Made by a program: the position numbers and the translations under genes | The notes under the pieces: generated by a model | What the model was told of the DNA's origin: nothing | Databases searched by the model: none | Seen by the model: the letters and a program-made list of their open reading frames with translations, nothing else | Assembly (NCBI GenBank): GCA_045106895.1 | Contig: JBGCFM010000092.1 | Location: 32,125-96,124, forward strand | Length of the DNA: 64,000 bases | Direction of reading: 5' to 3' | Source: Polyangiales bacterium | Lineage (GTDB): Bacteria > Myxococcota_A > Polyangia > Polyangiales > Houyiibacteriaceae | Part shown: one piece after another, positions 40,035 to 49,710 of the stretch | Numbering within the stretch: the stretch's first letter is position 1 | Layout of the letters: the number at the start of each line of letters is the position of its first letter

Positions 40035-41341
40035 GGCATCGCCCCGCAGCGCAACCAAGCAGCCCCGCAAGAGAGTCGTGCACCTCGAACCACCGTCGCC
40101 GGCGATTCGGCGCCCTCGACGTTTGCCCAGCCAATAGCGAGCCCGCCGTCATCATCGACGGCGACGCCGCTCTGCCCTCCGGCGAAGTCTGCGACACCTA
40201 GGTCGTATTCGGCGACGACGACTCCGTCACTGCCGTGAACAAAAGCGACGCGAAGGTGATCTTCGCCAGCCGGGTTCGAAGCGCGGTAGGCGATCGCGTA
40301 CCCACCTGCGTAGGAGGCGGCCATAGGGCTCCGCCCTCGAAGAGGCGCACGGGAAACAACCTGCTCCGGTCGAACCGCGGCACCATCCGCGTCCATCAAA
40401 CGCACGCGGATTTCTCGGCGAATGTCTTCGATGAGCACGCCGAAGGACACGATGCCGTAGTCATCCCCAAACGCCACGGATACTTCGCTGGTCGCGTTGC
40501 CCTGGCTGTTGATGACAGTGGAGTCGGTGATCACCGAACCGTCTGCGCCGGCCACGGCGAGGCTGACATCCCCTTCGGAGCTCCAGGCGAAGTAGAAACG
40601 CTCATCCGAGAAGTCGACGGCGACTTCGGAAGTCGGCAGCGTCCACCCGTAGGTGACGATCGGTGATTCGCTGTCCCCGTCAAACGCGCGGGACTCGATC
40701 TGCCATTCCCCCTCGCCGGTCTGCCGCACCCACGTCGCAACCCATCCATCTCCATTTTTGAAGAGGCGTGGACTCGAGTGCTGGCCGGTCGCGGCGGAGA
40801 ACGTTCGAAGAGATGCCTCGGTCGGCTCGGTGTCGATGCCGCGGACGACGATGTTGTCGCCGCTTCCGCCATCGTCGAGCCAAATCGCGTACCCCTCGGA
40901 GATGCTCACAGCTCGGGCAGAGCTGTCGTCACTCGTCAGAGAGCGCACGACGGCCATCGTCGCGCCTTCTGCGACCTCCGCCGTGCGTGCCTGTTCACGT
41001 ACGTCGACGGTATCGCCCCACCCGAAAACGAAGCCTCGTCCCGTCGCGGCGACTGAGACGGGTCGATTCCTCGCCATCGGGTCGGTAATGAGCTCAAAGA
41101 TCTCGGACTCGCAGGGAACCTCCTGTGGTCCAGCATCGCTTGTGCCCGCATCCTCGCCAGCGCCAGCGTCATCGGTTCCGCCATCGTCGTCTGGCCCGCT
41201 GTCTTCGCCAGGAACTCCGGTGTCCACTCGTGGCCCCGTGTCAAACGTTCCCGGCGGTGGCGCATCATCTCCGCAAGCGCTGAGAACGATGAGCAAGGTG
41301 AGGAAAGCTCGGATTGGATTAGGAGCGGATGGTTGAGGCAT
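40031..41341 (-). CDS. Lipoprotein with DAG linker and repeated beta-blade domain
   Basis: LSAC-GDD lipobox; repeated F/YxxxW strand motifs. Confidence 0.7.
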   Translation of the reverse strand: MPQPSAPNPIRAFLTLLIVLSACGDDAPPPGTFDTGPRVDTGVPGEDSGPDDDGGTDDAGAGEDAGTSDAGPQEVPCESEIFELITDPMARNRPVSVAATGRGFVFGWGDTVDVREQARTAEVAEGATMAVVRSLTSDDSSARAVSISEGYAIWLDDGGSGDNIVVRGIDTEPTEASLRTFSAATGQHSSPRLFKNGDGWVATWVRQTGEGEWQIESRAFDGDSESPIVTYGWTLPTSEVAVDFSDERFYFAWSSEGDVSLAVAGADGSVITDSTVINSQGNATSEVSVAFGDDYGIVSFGVLIEDIRREIRVRLMDADGAAVRPEQVVSRAPLRGRSPMAASYAGGYAIAYRASNPAGEDHLRVAFVHGSDGVVVAEYDLGVADFAGGQSGVAVDDDGGLAIGWANVEGAESPATVVRGARLSCGAAWLRCGAMP

Positions 41342-41583
41342 GTGACTTTGCTGAGAATACAACGGCGGCGATGTGTGCCGCGAAACAACTTTGCCCACTT
41401 CCATACAAGTTTCGCGCCGACCCATATATGCAGGACTATTCGTGCCAGCCGGAGGCGATCTTTCCACCACGACTACGCAAAAAGTGCAGCCCTGGCCCAC
41501 AATTGCCTTCAAGGATCATACGCCCCGTTCCACGCTCACGTTTCACCACAGTGTGGGATTACTTGGCGATTGAGCGTCCGGTT

Positions 41584-41619
41584 AAAAAGAAAAAGGGAAG
41601 CCGAATACCGGCCTCCCTC
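41584..41619 (-). terminator. Intrinsic terminator after the HEAT gene
   Basis: Minus strand AGGGAGGCCG-gtatt-CGGCTTCCCT-TTTTCTTTTT. Confidence 0.85.
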
Positions 41620-41639
41620 TTCCCCCAAAGTGGTGTGAG

Positions 41640-42539
41640 TCAGCGACGCATACGAAGCGCGACCTCGATGGCATCGAGGACCTGAGACTCCGACTCGGTG
41701 GCCTCAGCCTGGCGCAACGCCTCTCGTGCATCTTCACCACCGATGCGCCCAAGACCCCAAGCAGCCGCTTGACGGACAAGCGTGTCGGCATCGCCCTGAA
41801 CCAGCGCGACAAGAACAGGGACCGCCGCGTCGATTCGCATCTCACCGACGAGCCGAGCCGCGCGCATGCGCACGGTGTTGTCCTCGTCGCCAAGGGCTCC
41901 GAGGATGGCGTCGTTTTCACGGAAGAAGTTCACCGTCAGAACGACGTCCAGCACTGCCCGTCGAACACTCACGTCATCATCGGAGAGAGCAGCGCCGAGA
42001 ACCTCGTTGCCTTCGGGGTGGTTCAAACGACCAAGCGCGCGAACCGCGGACTCGCGAACGATGGACTCTGAGTCACCCATCGCTGCGTCGCGAAGAACAC
42101 CGAGGCCATTCGGGTCGAGAAACTCGCCGATAGCCATCGCCGCGCGAGCGCGCCGAGTCGGGTCCGCGTCACTCTCAAGGACGAGGCGCATGCTGTTCAT
42201 GACCGCGCCGATGGCGAAGAGACGGTGGCGGAGCCACCAAGCCGAGATGCGTCGAACTTCCGCGTCGCCGTTCTCGAGAAGGTTGCGCTGAAGTGGCGCA
42301 ACACAAGCGTGGCATTCGACGCGCTCGCCATACTCAAGAGCCGCGATGATGGAGTTCGTCGAACCAGACTCGATGACGCGCATCAGTTCGACTTGGGAAG
42401 GCGCCTCTGTGCCGGGGCTCGCCTCACCACGTTCGCGGTTGTGTGGATCGAAGGCTTCCTGCGCGGAGACCGTCGAGGTGATAGCGAGGCCCGCAACAAG
42501 GAGCCACACCGCGTGGGAGAAACGTCGTGGATTTTTCAT
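41640..42539 (-). CDS. Exported HEAT-repeat protein with CHAC (CxxC) motif
   Basis: GAGGA SD; signal peptide (VSA-Q); repeated D....VR..A...LG. Confidence 0.85.
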   Translation of the reverse strand: MKNPRRFSHAVWLLVAGLAITSTVSAQEAFDPHNRERGEASPGTEAPSQVELMRVIESGSTNSIIAALEYGERVECHACVAPLQRNLLENGDAEVRRISAWWLRHRLFAIGAVMNSMRLVLESDADPTRRARAAMAIGEFLDPNGLGVLRDAAMGDSESIVRESAVRALGRLNHPEGNEVLGAALSDDDVSVRRAVLDVVLTVNFFRENDAILGALGDEDNTVRMRAARLVGEMRIDAAVPVLVALVQGDADTLVRQAAAWGLGRIGGEDAREALRQAEATESESQVLDAIEVALRMRR

Positions 42540-42552
42540 CGTATTCCTCATC

Positions 42553-44763
42553 TCAGTACTCCGTCTCGCCCCAGGCCATTGCGCCTTCGACGTTTCTTCG
42601 ACTCCAGAACTGACCACCGAGGTCGGCCATCTGAATCAGCATCATGCGGTCTTCACGGCTAAGCGTGACGCCCACATCCTCGGGGTGTGATGGGGTATCC
42701 CAAGACCAATCGTCCGCATCTTCGCGTGCGTTGATGTTGAGCACCTCGATGAGCCGCGATGTACGCGCGGTTCCTGGACGTACCCACTCGGGTGGCACAT
42801 TTCCGGTCGCCACGGAGTCACCCATCATGCTCGATGGGTAGAGAAGCGAGATGTAGGACGCGGGGTAAGTTACGACCTCACGCTCGTAGTAAGCCTGAAC
42901 TGGGGCTTCCGAGAGAAGAAGGTAGGGGATGTTGTAGACGAGTTCTTCGCCTTCCATCGTCGTGACGGTGACCATGTAAGTCTGGCCCGCGAAGGGGTCG
43001 TTCTCGCCGCCGTCGTGGCACTGCACACAGTTGTCGTTGAAGACGTCCTGCACGTTCCGTCCAGTTGTACCGTCGATCCATGGGAGCTCCTGGCGATCGG
43101 GGATCGCGATATTGAAGTCCTGGGCTCCGGCCTGCTGCGCCAAGGTCGTCGTGCCCATACGCGGAAGAACCTGGTCGGTGCGCTGCTCATGGCAGCCGCC
43201 GCACGTTCGGTCCTCACCAGGCATTCCCTGAATCCAGAGCATCTGGTTTCGAATCGCCATGCCGTACTCATCCAGAGCCTGGAGGTGATAAGGCAGGCGA
43301 CCTGGGAGGTCGGCGAGCCAGGAACCATCTGCGTGCACCGTCGCTTCGCCCAGAATGGCGGCGCCTTCGTGCATCGTCAGACCAAACTCACGCACAGGAC
43401 CGATCTCCGAGGAGAAGCCCTCGATGATGCGAACACGGTCAGTGTGGTCGAGGGCCTCGTCGAGGCTCATGCCGTTGAGCTGGCCGCCGCGAACACTCTC
43501 ATCGAGGCCCGTGATGGTGACGTCCACGGAACCGAAGCGAGTGGGCAGTGACTCGTCGGGCGCGGCCGCGAGGATGCCGGGGAACACAGGAGGCGTGTCT
43601 CGAACCGTGACAGGAATCGCGTAGCCATCCCAGAAGTCCGGGTCGTCGTAGACGAGCGTCCGAGTGCGCCCTTCAGGCTCGAAGAGATACACGCCGAAGT
43701 TTGGCGCGGTATCGGCGAGTTCGTTTCGTGCGTTGACGTCACCGTCGGACCAGCCGACAAGGTAACGGCCGTCTGCCATGGGGAAGGGGCGCCGGTAGCG
43801 ACCCACGCCGCTAGCGGGGCTCTCTTCACCGGTAGGTACGCCGGGGGTCAGGATGTCGAAGCGAGCGTTCTGCTCGTCGAGGACAATGTCCGTGGTGCCG
43901 ATGTCCGCACGTGAGTCCATGTAGACGATAGCGCCAGCCTGAATGGTTCCGCGACGACTCGTCGTCACACCGACGAACTCGCCTTGGGCGACCTCAGCGA
44001 ACTGAACAAGGCTGTTGCCGGGCTTCCCGCCCGTGCCACCAAGACCGACCATCTGGGTGCAGTCCGGGTTCATCGCCATCAGCTTCACGTCGTTGAGCGG
44101 GCCGAGGTGCTCCCATCGCGAAAAGCCGATGCGTCCGTCGGACATCAGGAAAGGGTCCGCGGAGTGGGAGAGGTTCTGTGCGCAGAGGCGACGGTCCGCG
44201 TCGCCGGCGTCGATGGAAATCGTCGCGATCTGCGTCACGACGCGCGAGTGATTGTACTCGTCGGCGCGCGTGCCCATGGCCGTGTAAGGCTGGTTGGTGA
44301 CGAAACCAATGCGGTCGCCGGGGACGAAGATAGGTTTGACGTCGTGGTAGTCACCGAAGGTGAGCTGCCGGACGTCGCCGGTGCCATCCACGTTGGCCAA
44401 GTAGAGGTGGTAGTGACTCTCGCCTTGGTGACGCATGGAGAAGACCACGCGACGAGCGTCGAAGCTGAGGTCGATGCCGTTGACATCGACGCCCTCGAAC
44501 TGCTCCGTCAGGTTGCTGAGCTCACCATCCGGCGTGGGCGGGGAGAGAACGTAGACGCCGCCCCCTGGGACATAGCGGAGGTAGTCGATGGTCTGCATCG
44601 CTCCTCCCGTGACAACGTGCTCGCCGGCGTCGTTGATAAACGCGCGTTTGACGAACACGAGGGCTTCCACCCCTGGCAGAACGCTGTCCCCCGGGTCACC
44701 ACCGGAACATGCGGGCGCCGCGAGAATCGCGGGTAGCAACAGTAGAAATAAACGTCTCACCAT
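42553..44763 (-). CDS. Hydrazine synthase alpha-subunit-like diheme lipoprotein
   Basis: AAGGAGG SD; APAC lipobox; propeller (LSFDARRVVFSM, RQLT..DVKP); LGEATVHADGSW..LP...YHLQALDEYG..PGEDRTCGGCHE; NCVQCHD. Confidence 0.8.
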   Translation of the reverse strand: MVRRLFLLLLPAILAAPACSGGDPGDSVLPGVEALVFVKRAFINDAGEHVVTGGAMQTIDYLRYVPGGGVYVLSPPTPDGELSNLTEQFEGVDVNGIDLSFDARRVVFSMRHQGESHYHLYLANVDGTGDVRQLTFGDYHDVKPIFVPGDRIGFVTNQPYTAMGTRADEYNHSRVVTQIATISIDAGDADRRLCAQNLSHSADPFLMSDGRIGFSRWEHLGPLNDVKLMAMNPDCTQMVGLGGTGGKPGNSLVQFAEVAQGEFVGVTTSRRGTIQAGAIVYMDSRADIGTTDIVLDEQNARFDILTPGVPTGEESPASGVGRYRRPFPMADGRYLVGWSDGDVNARNELADTAPNFGVYLFEPEGRTRTLVYDDPDFWDGYAIPVTVRDTPPVFPGILAAAPDESLPTRFGSVDVTITGLDESVRGGQLNGMSLDEALDHTDRVRIIEGFSSEIGPVREFGLTMHEGAAILGEATVHADGSWLADLPGRLPYHLQALDEYGMAIRNQMLWIQGMPGEDRTCGGCHEQRTDQVLPRMGTTTLAQQAGAQDFNIAIPDRQELPWIDGTTGRNVQDVFNDNCVQCHDGGENDPFAGQTYMVTVTTMEGEELVYNIPYLLLSEAPVQAYYEREVVTYPASYISLLYPSSMMGDSVATGNVPPEWVRPGTARTSRLIEVLNINAREDADDWSWDTPSHPEDVGVTLSREDRMMLIQMADLGGQFWSRRNVEGAMAWGETEY

Positions 44764-44792
44764 TCGAAGTGCCTCCTTGGCGACTTAGATTA

Positions 44793-44808
44793 TGCACGAA
44801 CCGTTCCG
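44793..44808 (-). promoter_or_regulatory. Possible sigma54 (-24/-12) promoter for the hzsA-like/HEAT operon
   Basis: Minus strand CGGAACGGTTCGTGCA (GG-N10-GC) placing +1 just before the SD at 44772-44778. Confidence 0.35.
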
Positions 44809-45004
44809 GCGTAAAACCCTACATATTCGACGTTCTGCGCGCCACCGCGTGGGGGCGCGCCCCCCCAAGTCCGGCTTCATTGGGCGGATCAGCCCACGCC
44901 AGACGAAACAACCAGCGCCGCGCGGCGTAGGGATTGAACAACTGTCGCCTTTAGGGGTTGGATGCTATCCCAGGCAGAACTCCGGCTCCATTGCCCGCGA
45001 ACCC

Positions 45005-46330
45005 ATGACTATGACCCGTCGAATCTCTTCCCTGGCCTTGCTCGCGCTCGCCGCCTGGGCCGCCCTGCCCTCCCTCGCCCACGCGGATGTTCTGGGCGAC
45101 CTTGCCGGTCAGCTCGACTCGGCCCTTGCGGGCGACTCGTACGCTCTCGCCCTCGGGGTCGTCTTCCTCGCTGGCCTCGCGACGGCGCTCACTCCCTGCG
45201 TGTACCCGATGATCACGATCACCGTGAGCATCTTCGGCGCCCGCCAGGCCAAGTCCAAGCTGGAAGGCGCGCTTCTTTCCCTGGCGTTTGTTTTGGGCAT
45301 CAGCGCCTTCTTCACGCCGATGGGAATCATCAGCGCCATGACCGGCGCCGGGATGGGCACCCTCAACTCCAACCCATGGGTGAGCGCAGCGCTTGCGGTT
45401 CTCTTCCTCGCCATGGCGCTGAGCATGTTTGGCATGTGGGACATGAACTTGCCGCCGGCGCTGCAGAACAAGCTCGCCAAGGTCGGTGGGTCCGGCTACC
45501 GCGGCGCCTTCGGCGTGGGTTTCGTCAACGGCCTCATCGCAGCCCCGTGCACCGGCCCGGTTCTGGCGGTGCTTCTTGGGTTCGTCAGCACGTCTCGAAG
45601 CGTCGTTTTCGGCGGCACCGCGCTTTTCGTCTACTCGCTGGGCCTTGGCTTCCTTTTCTTCCTCGTGGGCACCTTCGCCGTCAGCCTTCCGAAGAGCGGC
45701 AAATGGCTCGACCACGTGAAGTCCGTATTCGGCATCGTGATGGTCGTCCTCGCCGTCTATTATATTAAGAGCTTCATCCCCCGCCCGGCAGTTCGCGCGG
45801 ACATCTGGTGGATGGCCGGCCTTGGGCTCATCGTCGTTGGCCTCGCGATCGGAGCCGTTCAGCTCTCGTTCAAGGGCACCTCCACCGTCGAGAAAGCACG
45901 AAAGGGGTTCGGCGTGTTGGCCGCGAGCGCCGGTCTTCTGAGCTGCATCTTCTGGCTCGAGGCGTTGCCCGAAGGCGCGCACATCGAGTGGCGTGAAGAC
46001 TACGAGGCGGCGGTGGCGGAGTCCCTCGAGAGCGGCCGTCCGCTCCTCGTCGACTTCGGTGCGGACTGGTGCGGCGCATGCAACGAGCTTGAGCACGAAG
46101 CCATGAGCGACCCACGTGTCGTCGCGGAAGCCCAGCGCTTCATCCCGGTGCGCATCGACTTGAGCAGCGACGTGGCCACCCCTGAGCGCTGGGCGCTTCT
46201 CAACGAACACTACGAACAGCCCGGGCTTCCCTTTGTGGTCATGCAGACCCCCTCCGGCGAAGAAGCGGAGCGCATCACGGGCCTCGTCAGCGCCGATGTG
46301 TTCCTCGAGATGCTCCAGGGCGTTCACTGA
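45005..46330 (+). CDS. dsbD: DsbD/CcdA-type thiol:disulfide interchange protein (TM domain + thioredoxin)
   Basis: LTPCVYP, APCTGP, LPKSGKW, DFGADWCGAC. Confidence 0.9.
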   Translation: MTMTRRISSLALLALAAWAALPSLAHADVLGDLAGQLDSALAGDSYALALGVVFLAGLATALTPCVYPMITITVSIFGARQAKSKLEGALLSLAFVLGISAFFTPMGIISAMTGAGMGTLNSNPWVSAALAVLFLAMALSMFGMWDMNLPPALQNKLAKVGGSGYRGAFGVGFVNGLIAAPCTGPVLAVLLGFVSTSRSVVFGGTALFVYSLGLGFLFFLVGTFAVSLPKSGKWLDHVKSVFGIVMVVLAVYYIKSFIPRPAVRADIWWMAGLGLIVVGLAIGAVQLSFKGTSTVEKARKGFGVLAASAGLLSCIFWLEALPEGAHIEWREDYEAAVAESLESGRPLLVDFGADWCGACNELEHEAMSDPRVVAEAQRFIPVRIDLSSDVATPERWALLNEHYEQPGLPFVVMQTPSGEEAERITGLVSADVFLEMLQGVH

Positions 46331-47481
46331 CTCTTCGAGAACTCTCCAAAGCGCAAACACGCCGCGCGCTCATCGCGGCGGTGGGCCTGGGGAAGTTGCG
46401 CCGCACTCAGCGCGATTCGCCAACGCAACTCCTACGTGAGCTCCGCGCGGTTCAGCTCGACCCCCTCGACCCGTGTGGCAACAACGCAGACCTCGTCGCG
46501 ATGGCGAGAGTGGACGAACTTCAGCGCGGTGCGTTTCTTGGACAGGTGTACGAAGGCGCCTTCGAGCACTTCGCGAAGGAGCGCTGCGTGCTTCCGGCGG
46601 ATGCGTTCCCCTACTACGCAGCGCAGGCGCCACGACGTCCACGTTTTCGAATGGCGTCGCGACTTGAGCGCGTTCCAAAGAGCGCCCTTGAAGCCGCCTA
46701 TATGTTCGTCGATGAACACGGCCCGACGAGCCTGGAGAAGCTCGAACTCGGCAAGGTAGAGAGCATCGACTGGAGCGGGTGGAAAGGCACCAGTCGTGCT
46801 GGCCGTATGGCAATCGAAGTGTTGGTCATGCAAGGACGAGTCGTCGTCTGTGGCCGTAAGGGACGAGAGAAATTCTACGACCTTCCTCGTCGCCACCTGG
46901 GTGCTCTTGGTGAAAGCAACGGCTGTAGCGAAGACGAATTCGAAGAGTGGTCCATCCTGGAACGAGTGCGTGCCGCGGGGCTCCTCTCTGAGGGTGCAGG
47001 GATCTGGTGGTCTTCCATCCCGCGGCGCGCGGCCGTCGAACGCCTCGTGCGAAGTGGACAGCTGGTCCGCCTTCGAGTCGAGGGCGTCCGCGCCCCCCTT
47101 CTTGGAGCCCCAGACAATACGAACAATGCGAACCAAGAGTGGGGGAAAGAACTTCCGCTGCGCCTCTTGGGCCCGCTCGATCCGCTCTTATGGAACCGCC
47201 GGCTCGTTCGCGAGCTCTTCGACTTCGACTACATCTGGGAAGTCTACAAGCCCGTAGAGAGTCGTCGCTTCGGCTGGTACGTGATGCCGCTCCTCGATGG
47301 CGACGGACTCGTCGGCCGCATTGAGGCAAAGCTAAAAGACGACGTGCTTGAAGTGTCGAACGTGTGGGAAGAGCAACACGGCAGTGTCGCTCCTCAACGC
47401 TTGGATGAATTGCTCACGCATCACGCGTGGGCGTGCGGCGCAAAACAAATGGTACGACCCCTAGCGTTCCGTCGTTCGTAG
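46327..47481 (+). CDS. YcaQ/AlkZ-like winged-helix DNA crosslink-repair glycosylase (probable CTG start; GTG 46381 is the alternative)
   Basis: VQLDP, LGPLDPLLWNR, FDFDYIWEVYKP..RRFGWYVMPLL. Confidence 0.85.
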   Translation: MTLRELSKAQTRRALIAAVGLGKLRRTQRDSPTQLLRELRAVQLDPLDPCGNNADLVAMARVDELQRGAFLGQVYEGAFEHFAKERCVLPADAFPYYAAQAPRRPRFRMASRLERVPKSALEAAYMFVDEHGPTSLEKLELGKVESIDWSGWKGTSRAGRMAIEVLVMQGRVVVCGRKGREKFYDLPRRHLGALGESNGCSEDEFEEWSILERVRAAGLLSEGAGIWWSSIPRRAAVERLVRSGQLVRLRVEGVRAPLLGAPDNTNNANQEWGKELPLRLLGPLDPLLWNRRLVRELFDFDYIWEVYKPVESRRFGWYVMPLLDGDGLVGRIEAKLKDDVLEVSNVWEEQHGSVAPQRLDELLTHHAWACGAKQMVRPLAFRRS

Positions 47482-47518
47482 TGAACGCATAGTGAACGCC
47501 GAATGAACGCCGTTGGGA

Positions 47519-47848
47519 CTATCGGCGCAGAGCGTCGTAAGCGAGAATCGCTTCGGCGGCGTGCACGGCTGAGCGTGCGGCCTCTGGTGTGCTCGAGCGT
47601 AGACGCGCGTTGAGAGCATCGACGGGCGTCTCGTACGGCTGCTCGAGGAGCAGGTCGTTTGGCGTCGTGCCGAGTGCGTTGCAAAGCCGCACGAAGGTGT
47701 CGAGGGCGGGCAACGTGAGTCCACGCTCCATGCGAGAGATGAACTCGGAGGAAACACCGGCGCGTTCGGCGACGACTCTTTGCGAGAGTCGAGCTTTCGT
47801 TCGGCGGTCCTTGAGGAGTCTGGCAAAGCGGTCGTGGAAGTCACTCAT
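47519..47848 (-). CDS. XRE-family HTH transcriptional regulator
   Basis: RLSQRVVAERAGVSSEFISRMERG..P..L...LG. Confidence 0.9.
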   Translation of the reverse strand: MSDFHDRFARLLKDRRTKARLSQRVVAERAGVSSEFISRMERGLTLPALDTFVRLCNALGTTPNDLLLEQPYETPVDALNARLRSSTPEAARSAVHAAEAILAYDALRR

Positions 47849-47955
47849 AATAGGTAGGGGGGGATTGTGACAAGATTTACATTTTGCGCCAGGGCCGTAC
47901 GATAAGATTCGCATAGATTCTCTCGTACGACCATCCCACCTGGCCTTCGAGAGCC

Positions 47956-48612
47956 CTAAGGCTTCACTGCGTCGGGTTGTAGGTCTGGATGTGCGGCCCG
48001 AAAAGCCCCGTGCTCCCCACATGCGCCTTCGACCCGTCGAATTGTCGGAAAAGGCTCAAGATCGACGTCAAAACGACGAGCGTTGTAGATTTGGGGGATG
48101 AGACAGCAGTCCGCGATCGAGGGATGATCGCCAACCGCGTAGCGACCCTTGCTCATCGCCAGGACCTCCTCGACGGCAACGAAGCCTCGAGTGATGACCT
48201 CCTTGGACATCGCCCGGGCATCTCCCCCCAAAGCGCTTACACGTTTCATATTGCTGAGGTTTTGAAGGGGCTGAATGCCGCTATTGATCATCTCCGCGGC
48301 CTCCCACGCCCGAGCGCGCAGCAAGGGCGAAGTCGGCTGAAGCGGCGGATCTGGCGCGAGATCTTCCAAGAAACGTAGGATCGCGAGGGACTGCGTGAGG
48401 TGCTGCTTGGTTCCCGCTTCCGTCCACTCGAGCACAGGCACCTGCGCCAAACGGCTCAGCTTTGAAAACGGCTCCATGTGCTGCTCCCCTCCTTCGCGGG
48501 TGAGGTGCACTGGGACGTACTCGTAGGCGAGATTTTTCAGGTTGAGGGCAATGCGAACGCGCCAGCTGCACGAACTCCGCCAATACCCGTAGAGGCGCAG
48601 GTCCTCGGTCAC
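47956..48612 (-). CDS. maiA: Maleylacetoacetate isomerase (GST zeta class)
   Basis: YWRSSCSWRVRIALNLK, SGIQPLQNL, AHPDLQPD. Confidence 0.95.
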   Translation of the reverse strand: MTEDLRLYGYWRSSCSWRVRIALNLKNLAYEYVPVHLTREGGEQHMEPFSKLSRLAQVPVLEWTEAGTKQHLTQSLAILRFLEDLAPDPPLQPTSPLLRARAWEAAEMINSGIQPLQNLSNMKRVSALGGDARAMSKEVITRGFVAVEEVLAMSKGRYAVGDHPSIADCCLIPQIYNARRFDVDLEPFPTIRRVEGACGEHGAFRAAHPDLQPDAVKP

Positions 48613-49580
48613 TGGGCTTCAACGTGCTGATGAATCGTACCGAAGAGGTTGTTGCCTTCTTCGTCGAACATCTCGATCTTCACTTCGTCGCCTGGCTCCA
48701 GGAAACGCGTTTTTGCTTCACCATCCGCCAAGATCTCGCGCATCCGACGTTCGGCGAGGCAGGAAACACCTCGTGCCTCATCCGCGTTCGAGACCGTGCC
48801 GCTTCCGAGAATCGTGCCGGCGGTGAACCCGCGTGTCTTTGTGATGTGCTGGATGAGGTCGAAGAACGAGAAGTGCATCTCCGGACCCGCGTGCGGGTCG
48901 CCAGCGAGCTCTCCGTTGAGCTCGGTCTTGAGCGGTAGGTGAATCCGGCCTTCCTTCCAGCTCTCGCCAAGCTCGTCGGGTGTGATGGCGAAGGGTGCGA
49001 AGGCCGTGGCGGGCTTGCCTTGGAAGAAACCAAAGCCCTTCTTCAGCTCCGCCGGGATGAGGTTTCGCAGCGTCACATCGTTGCAAAGGGTGAGCAGCTT
49101 GATGTGCTCGGCGGCGTTGTCCGAGGTGACAGCCTGTGGCGTATCGCCCAAAATGACACAGACCTCTGCTTCGAAGTCGAGTCCCCATGCGGTGTCCGCG
49201 ATACGGATGGGCTGTCGGGCGCCGAGGAGGATCCCGGAGCCCCCCTGATAGACCAATGGGTCCGTTTCGAGCGTGGCCGGAGGCTCGGCCCCTCGTGCTT
49301 TTCGCACAAGAACGATGTGGTTGATATAGGCAGAGCCGTCGATCCACTCATAGGCACGTGGCAGCGGAGCCTTCACCGTTGAGAAGTCGATGGCTTCGCC
49401 ACCTTCGGAGCCCAGGGACTCCGCGAGCGCTCGGAGGGGACCTTCGGTCTCGCTCCATCGGTCGAGGGCGTCCTGGAGCGTCGCCGCGATGTCTGTCGCC
49501 GGGGCCCATCGGGTTCCGTCGTGGTTTACGACGCGAAGTGCGCCATCTCGAGTGCCGTTGTCTTGTGTTGCGAGCTTCAT
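48609..49580 (-). CDS. Fumarylacetoacetate hydrolase family protein
   Basis: APLPRAYEWIDGSAY, DFEAEV, NDVTLRNLIPAEL, GSGTVSN; coupled to maiA. Confidence 0.92.
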   Translation of the reverse strand: MKLATQDNGTRDGALRVVNHDGTRWAPATDIAATLQDALDRWSETEGPLRALAESLGSEGGEAIDFSTVKAPLPRAYEWIDGSAYINHIVLVRKARGAEPPATLETDPLVYQGGSGILLGARQPIRIADTAWGLDFEAEVCVILGDTPQAVTSDNAAEHIKLLTLCNDVTLRNLIPAELKKGFGFFQGKPATAFAPFAITPDELGESWKEGRIHLPLKTELNGELAGDPHAGPEMHFSFFDLIQHITKTRGFTAGTILGSGTVSNADEARGVSCLAERRMREILADGEAKTRFLEPGDEVKIEMFDEEGNNLFGTIHQHVEAQ

Positions 49581-49710
49581 GAGACGGGCATAAAGGAAGC
49601 CGCTTCGCCGGTACATGAGAATTGTCCGGTGGCGGCGCGAATGCTCAAAAAACACCGTTTCTTGAGTCGATGCGCTCGACGATTTTCCATTTCGGGTCCA
49701 GAGTCGGGCC

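Noticed and set aside
33308..44763. Anammox pathway implied by hydrazine synthase-like genes
   Set aside because: No hzsB/hzsC or hydrazine dehydrogenase is visible, and the context is myxobacterial. The domain resemblance does not establish the function.
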